This document shows positions 59,420-64,000 of a DNA stretch of 64,000 nucleotides, piece by piece. Where the stretch lies: positions 558,001-622,000 of the forward strand of contig JBEUKZ010000019.1 of the NCBI GenBank assembly GCA_048128005.1. The letters run 5' to 3'. The position numbers and the translations under genes are program-made. Numbering within the stretch: the first letter of the stretch is position 1; every line of letters begins with the position of its first letter. The notes beneath the pieces are model-generated. The model was given only the letters and a program-made list of their open reading frames with translations. It had not been told where the DNA came from and did not search any database. This DNA comes from Veleropilina oligotropha (lineage: Eukaryota).

Positions 59420-62068
59420 ATGTATAAACCACGATGTGATATTAGCGTATTTCATGAAGGAATTTTCGAAACTTGTTTCATTGAAATTGAACTTAAGAAA
59501 ACCAAAAATATCATTGTTGGTGAGATGTACAGAATACCGGGTAGTGATGAAAAATTGTTCTTACATGAATATAACCATATACTTGAAACTGTTAAGAAAG
59601 AAAATAATAATCTTATTCTTGGGAGTGATCAAAATTTAGACTTCTTAAAACTAGATAAGCACAATACCACTAAACTATTTCTAGATACCACATTAACACA
59701 TGGAATACTTCCATTAATAACTCGGCCTACTCGAATAACCCACCACAGCGCCACGTTGATTGATAATATTTATATCACGGCCAGTATGGCGAAATCTTAT
59801 GCATCAGCCATTATTACAACTCATATATCGGACCATCTACCATGTCTAGGCGTAATAAGTACGACAATTAAAAAAGAAACGAGACCCAAGACTATCAAAT
59901 CAAGAAAAATTGATGATAAAAAAGTAGAAAAAATATCCAACTATTTAGACAAATATAACTGGAATATTTTGGATAATTACGATGCAGATACTGGGTTTAA
60001 AATATTATCAGACAAGTTGGGTAACATCATTGACATAGTTGCGCCTGAGAGGGAAATAAAGATATCACCGAAAAGGATTATACAAAAGGAATACATGACC
60101 AAAGCTCTCATAAAGAGTTCAAAAAAATGTGACACTTTGTATAGAAAAACTCTGAGATTAGATAGAAACGATAGCAAACATCAAGCGTATATAACATACA
60201 GAAATACTCTCAACAAATTAAAACGCGCAGCCAAGCATAAATTCTATAGTGATAAAATTAATCATTTTAGGAAAGATTCAAAGAAATTATGGGGAGTTAT
60301 AAACGAAGTAATTGGCAAGCAAAGAAACAAGTCTGGCTTACCCGAATATATAAACACCGATGGTATTAAACTATATGACCCAATCAGCATATGCAACAAG
60401 TTTTGTGAATATTTCACAGACTTGGGTCATAATGTAGCTGCAAAGATTCCAAAGGCTAATAAGTTGTTTACGGAATATTTAGGAAGTAGGGTGGAAAGTA
60501 GTTGCTTTCTGTATCCGACTAATCTGACAGAAGTTACTTCAACAATAATGAATCTCATAAATAAAAGCAGCTCTGGTTATGACGATATAAACAATATAAT
60601 GTTAAAAAAATTAGTGTACTCAATAAATAAACCTTTGCTGGTTATTTTCAACAAATCTATGGAATCAGGTATATTTCCAAGCCTGATGAAGTATGCTGAA
60701 GTCATTCCCATTTATAAAAGCAAAGAAAGACATTTAATTAATAACTATAGACCCATATCTCTCCTACCTACAGTATCAAAAGTTTTGGAAAAAATCATTT
60801 ATAAGCGAATAAATAAATTTCTATCTGTCAATAATGTTTTATACCAAAGCCAATATGGATTTAGAAAAAAACATAGTACTGAAGATGCCATTATTGAATT
60901 AGTTAGTGAAATAACTAAAGCTCACGAACAAAAAAAGGACAACCTGGCTATCTTCTTAGACCTGTCAAAAGCCTTTGACACCATCAACCATAGTATGTTA
61001 TTAACGAAATTAGAATGTTACGGAATAAGAGGTGTCGCAAATAATTGGTTCAATAGCTATCTGTCTAACAGAATGCAATGTGTGAAAGCTGTCGATAAAA
61101 ACAGTAAAATTAAAATTACAACAAAATATCGATCTATTAATTATGGTGTACCACAGGGATCGGTCGTCGGACCGTTGCTATTCCTAATATATATAAATGA
61201 TCTAAACAAATGCTTAAAATACTTGAAAATAATAAACTTTGCTGATGATACCACAGCTTTCACCAGTTCGCATTCAATCCAATGTTTGTATAAATATGCT
61301 TCACAGGATCTGCGATTGCTTAATGACTGGTTTAAGAGTAACAAATTATCATTAAATATAGCTAAATCAAATTACATCATTTTTAAACATTCGAACCACA
61401 TTAATATTGATGATAATGTATTAAAAATAGATAACAATGCTATAAAAAAAGTTAGAACAACAAAATTTTTAGGTATTCTAATTGATGAAAAACTCAATTG
61501 GATTGATCATACTAATTACGTGCACAATAAAATATTACGAAGCGCATATAGCCTCAGATGTTGTAAAAACAAGTTACCAACATGGGTAAAGCGTCAACTA
61601 TATTTCTCAACTGTGCATTGTCATATAACCTACGGCCTATCAGCATGGGGACCCTTGGCTAGTAAGACTCGAATGAAAAAACTATTCTTGCTTCAAAAAA
61701 AGTGCGTCCGAATTATATTAAATGAAAGGTACAATGCACATACAGACCCTCTGTTTAAAAAGCTAAAAATACTGAAATTAGATGATATTATAGATTTAGA
61801 ATTATGCAAAGTTGGTCATAAATATTATACAGATCAATTACCATCACCAATAAAGTCACTTTTTACACATAATGCACAGTTCCATAACTACAACACAAGA
61901 AATAGATTTGATCCGACAATTCAATATCACAGAAGAACTATATTCAATAGGAGCATATTATGTAAAATGCCGTATTTATGGGGTAGATTATCACCTAGTT
62001 TGAAATGTATAGAAATTTCAAGGAAATTTTCAAGAGAATTCATTAAATTCAAAGTTGGCAGTTATTAG
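59420..62068 (+). CDS. 5'-truncated CR1/L2-like LINE ORF2 (endonuclease C-part plus reverse transcriptase)
   Basis: TLIDNI, SDHLP, NYRPISLL, QYGFR, FLDLSKAFD, GVPQGSVVGPLLFLIYIND, FADDT; upstream endonuclease part broken (~59220-59420). Confidence 0.9.
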   Translation: MYKPRCDISVFHEGIFETCFIEIELKKTKNIIVGEMYRIPGSDEKLFLHEYNHILETVKKENNNLILGSDQNLDFLKLDKHNTTKLFLDTTLTHGILPLITRPTRITHHSATLIDNIYITASMAKSYASAIITTHISDHLPCLGVISTTIKKETRPKTIKSRKIDDKKVEKISNYLDKYNWNILDNYDADTGFKILSDKLGNIIDIVAPEREIKISPKRIIQKEYMTKALIKSSKKCDTLYRKTLRLDRNDSKHQAYITYRNTLNKLKRAAKHKFYSDKINHFRKDSKKLWGVINEVIGKQRNKSGLPEYINTDGIKLYDPISICNKFCEYFTDLGHNVAAKIPKANKLFTEYLGSRVESSCFLYPTNLTEVTSTIMNLINKSSSGYDDINNIMLKKLVYSINKPLLVIFNKSMESGIFPSLMKYAEVIPIYKSKERHLINNYRPISLLPTVSKVLEKIIYKRINKFLSVNNVLYQSQYGFRKKHSTEDAIIELVSEITKAHEQKKDNLAIFLDLSKAFDTINHSMLLTKLECYGIRGVANNWFNSYLSNRMQCVKAVDKNSKIKITTKYRSINYGVPQGSVVGPLLFLIYINDLNKCLKYLKIINFADDTTAFTSSHSIQCLYKYASQDLRLLNDWFKSNKLSLNIAKSNYIIFKHSNHINIDDNVLKIDNNAIKKVRTTKFLGILIDEKLNWIDHTNYVHNKILRSAYSLRCCKNKLPTWVKRQLYFSTVHCHITYGLSAWGPLASKTRMKKLFLLQKKCVRIILNERYNAHTDPLFKKLKILKLDDIIDLELCKVGHKYYTDQLPSPIKSLFTHNAQFHNYNTRNRFDPTIQYHRRTIFNRSILCKMPYLWGRLSPSLKCIEISRKFSREFIKFKVGSY

Positions 62069-62804
62069 TTATTAGTTCTTATTAATTAGTTATTACTTAT
62101 TAGCTATTATTAAATTTCATGGACCTGTTATTATTGACACAACACCTTATTTCTATTCACAACATTATGACATACACATACATACAGACAGACTCGCATA
62201 CATCTTCCACCTTTACGAATTTCATGTAAATTAAATTTGTTGACAAATTAAATATAAAATAGATGCTACAAGGGCAATAGTACCTTCACGGGAACAGTCT
62301 GCTATTGACTTAACTGTTGTCCTTCCTTTCTCATATCCATTATGTTATGTATATTTATTTGTGTACAAATACGATTTCATTAAGGAAAATAAATATCTAT
62401 CTATGTAGCCTTCTGTTGGCTAAATGTTTACTTAAGCCTGATAGCAGAACTTCTCAAGGGCCTTGCTGTCCACTGGACAGGGTTGGCGCGCGGCTTTATG
62501 ACACCTCAAAGAGACAGGCTCATAAACTGCCTACTTCATCTGATAAGGCAATTAGCACTGAGCTGGTCGCGCCAAAATGAGACGAGGAATTAAAATAGTA
62601 TTTTTTAAACAATGAAAGTACTTATTGTATTCTTGTCACAATTCTCTAATATAACGATCTTTATATAGTATATTTTATGCGAAAATCTGGAAGAAAAAGG
62701 ACGATTTTTAGAGGCGCTATGAAGCAATATTCATCTAAAAAAACTAAGTCTAATAACTCTCAAGCAACTCATTTTAGCGATGTATTCTATAGATATTACA
62801 TTAG

Positions 62805-64000
62805 CAGTGTTCTCCCCAGGATCTTCAAGCCATGCGGGCCGCATGGCTTTAGTCCGGGAAAATAACATGCCGCATGGCTTAAAAAATGCCGCCAGGCGTA
62901 AATTTGCTGAAGCCAAATTTAATTCAATCAAGTCTTTCTTTTCATTAATATGTGATTGGTCAATTCTTTAACAATATCATGCAAAACTAATGACTAATGG
63001 AATATATCTTACCTGTTCTGTCTTATAACATTGAAGCGGCAAGAATGCGCTATGTGTATTGTCGATGCTACACCAACAGAAGCTTTTGTTGCTTGTCCTC
63101 ATTTGCAGTATTACTGAACGTTCTAATTAGGAAATCGAACCTGGCCAAGAAACTCGAACGTGGCCAAGCAACCCTGCAGACGTCTCAAAACTAACAAATG
63201 AGCACGCGCGCATCGATCGGTGGCGAATGAATTCACTTCAAATGTCTAAGAGCGATTAAGAAACGGTTATCGGTGGATCTTTTGAAATGACTGATTCAAC
63301 TGCAAAACGGAAAAAATGTAGTCAGGCGAAATTAAGTTCATTTTTCTCTGCTGAAAGGCAACAAAACGTTGATGCCGTTGATGAATCAAATGCACCGCAT
63401 GCATCTACTTGTAAACACAGAAAATCCGGATTTGACCGCAAGTGGTTACAGGATTTTGCATGGTTGGAAGTGAGAGATTCAGACAGCGGTATGTTCTGCA
63501 AGTTGTGCAAGAAACACAACCGAAGACCACAACGAGTAAAACAAGGGTCTGCAAAATGGGTAGACATTCCGTGTTTTAACTTTATGCGACTAACTTTAAC
63601 TGAACACGAGAAAGCTACCACAATGATGCCCTGAAAATGGAAACACAACTTGGCATTGCAAATGTTGACGGTGGTATCCAAGGGGCGTTCGAACAAGTTA
63701 TTAGCGCTGAACGAAAGGCTTTTATTGGTCACTTAAAATGCATGTATTGGCTAATAAAGACAGAAGTACCACACACTACTAACTTTGAATCATTAATTGA
63801 TTTATGTCAGTCGCTTGGATGCGAGTATCTCAGTGATATTAAAAAAGGTGACAATGCAAGCTATACATCCGAACGGTTTATGCAAGAGGTTGTGGAAGTC
63901 CTCGGAAAAGTTGTGCAGGATGAAATTCTCCATGAGCTAAAAAAATCACCATTCTTTGCTATTGTGGCAGACGAAACAACTGACATTGCCGTACTGGAAC
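62805..64000 (+). mobile_element. hAT transposon 5' part with ZNF862-like transposase (63287 onward, frameshift near 63612), running off the window
   Basis: Begins CAGTGTTCTCCCCAG; zinc finger W...FAWL...MFCKLC; downstream frame ...SPFFAIVADETTDIA. Confidence 0.8.

Overview
AT-rich animal (probably marine invertebrate) genomic DNA. The window lies inside a + strand FAM120A/C-like gene: 8 phase-consistent exons from 8778 to 50129, with introns packed with transposons (three Sola2-type, Tc1, Kolobok/piggyBac-like MITEs, HINE/Helentron-like, Crypton-like, tRNA-SINEs, a Penelope relic with a hammerhead, a full-outline DIRS, a CR1/L2-like LINE and a hAT). The highlight is a full-length, visibly GC-richer 16.1 kb endogenous Polinton-like DNA virus at 13103-29212. 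It has 98-bp terminal inverted repeats starting AGCAGCAG, a TATGA target-site duplication, and it splits a 43-bp satellite. It encodes a retroviral-type integrase, a packaging ATPase, probable major and minor capsid proteins, about 8 membrane or secreted proteins and no recognisable maturation protease. Instead of a canonical protein-primed PolB it has one large replication gene fusing a compact family-B polymerase core, an SF1 (Pif1/RecD-like) helicase and a C-terminal HNH module. All family assignments come from motif recognition by eye; no database searches were run.
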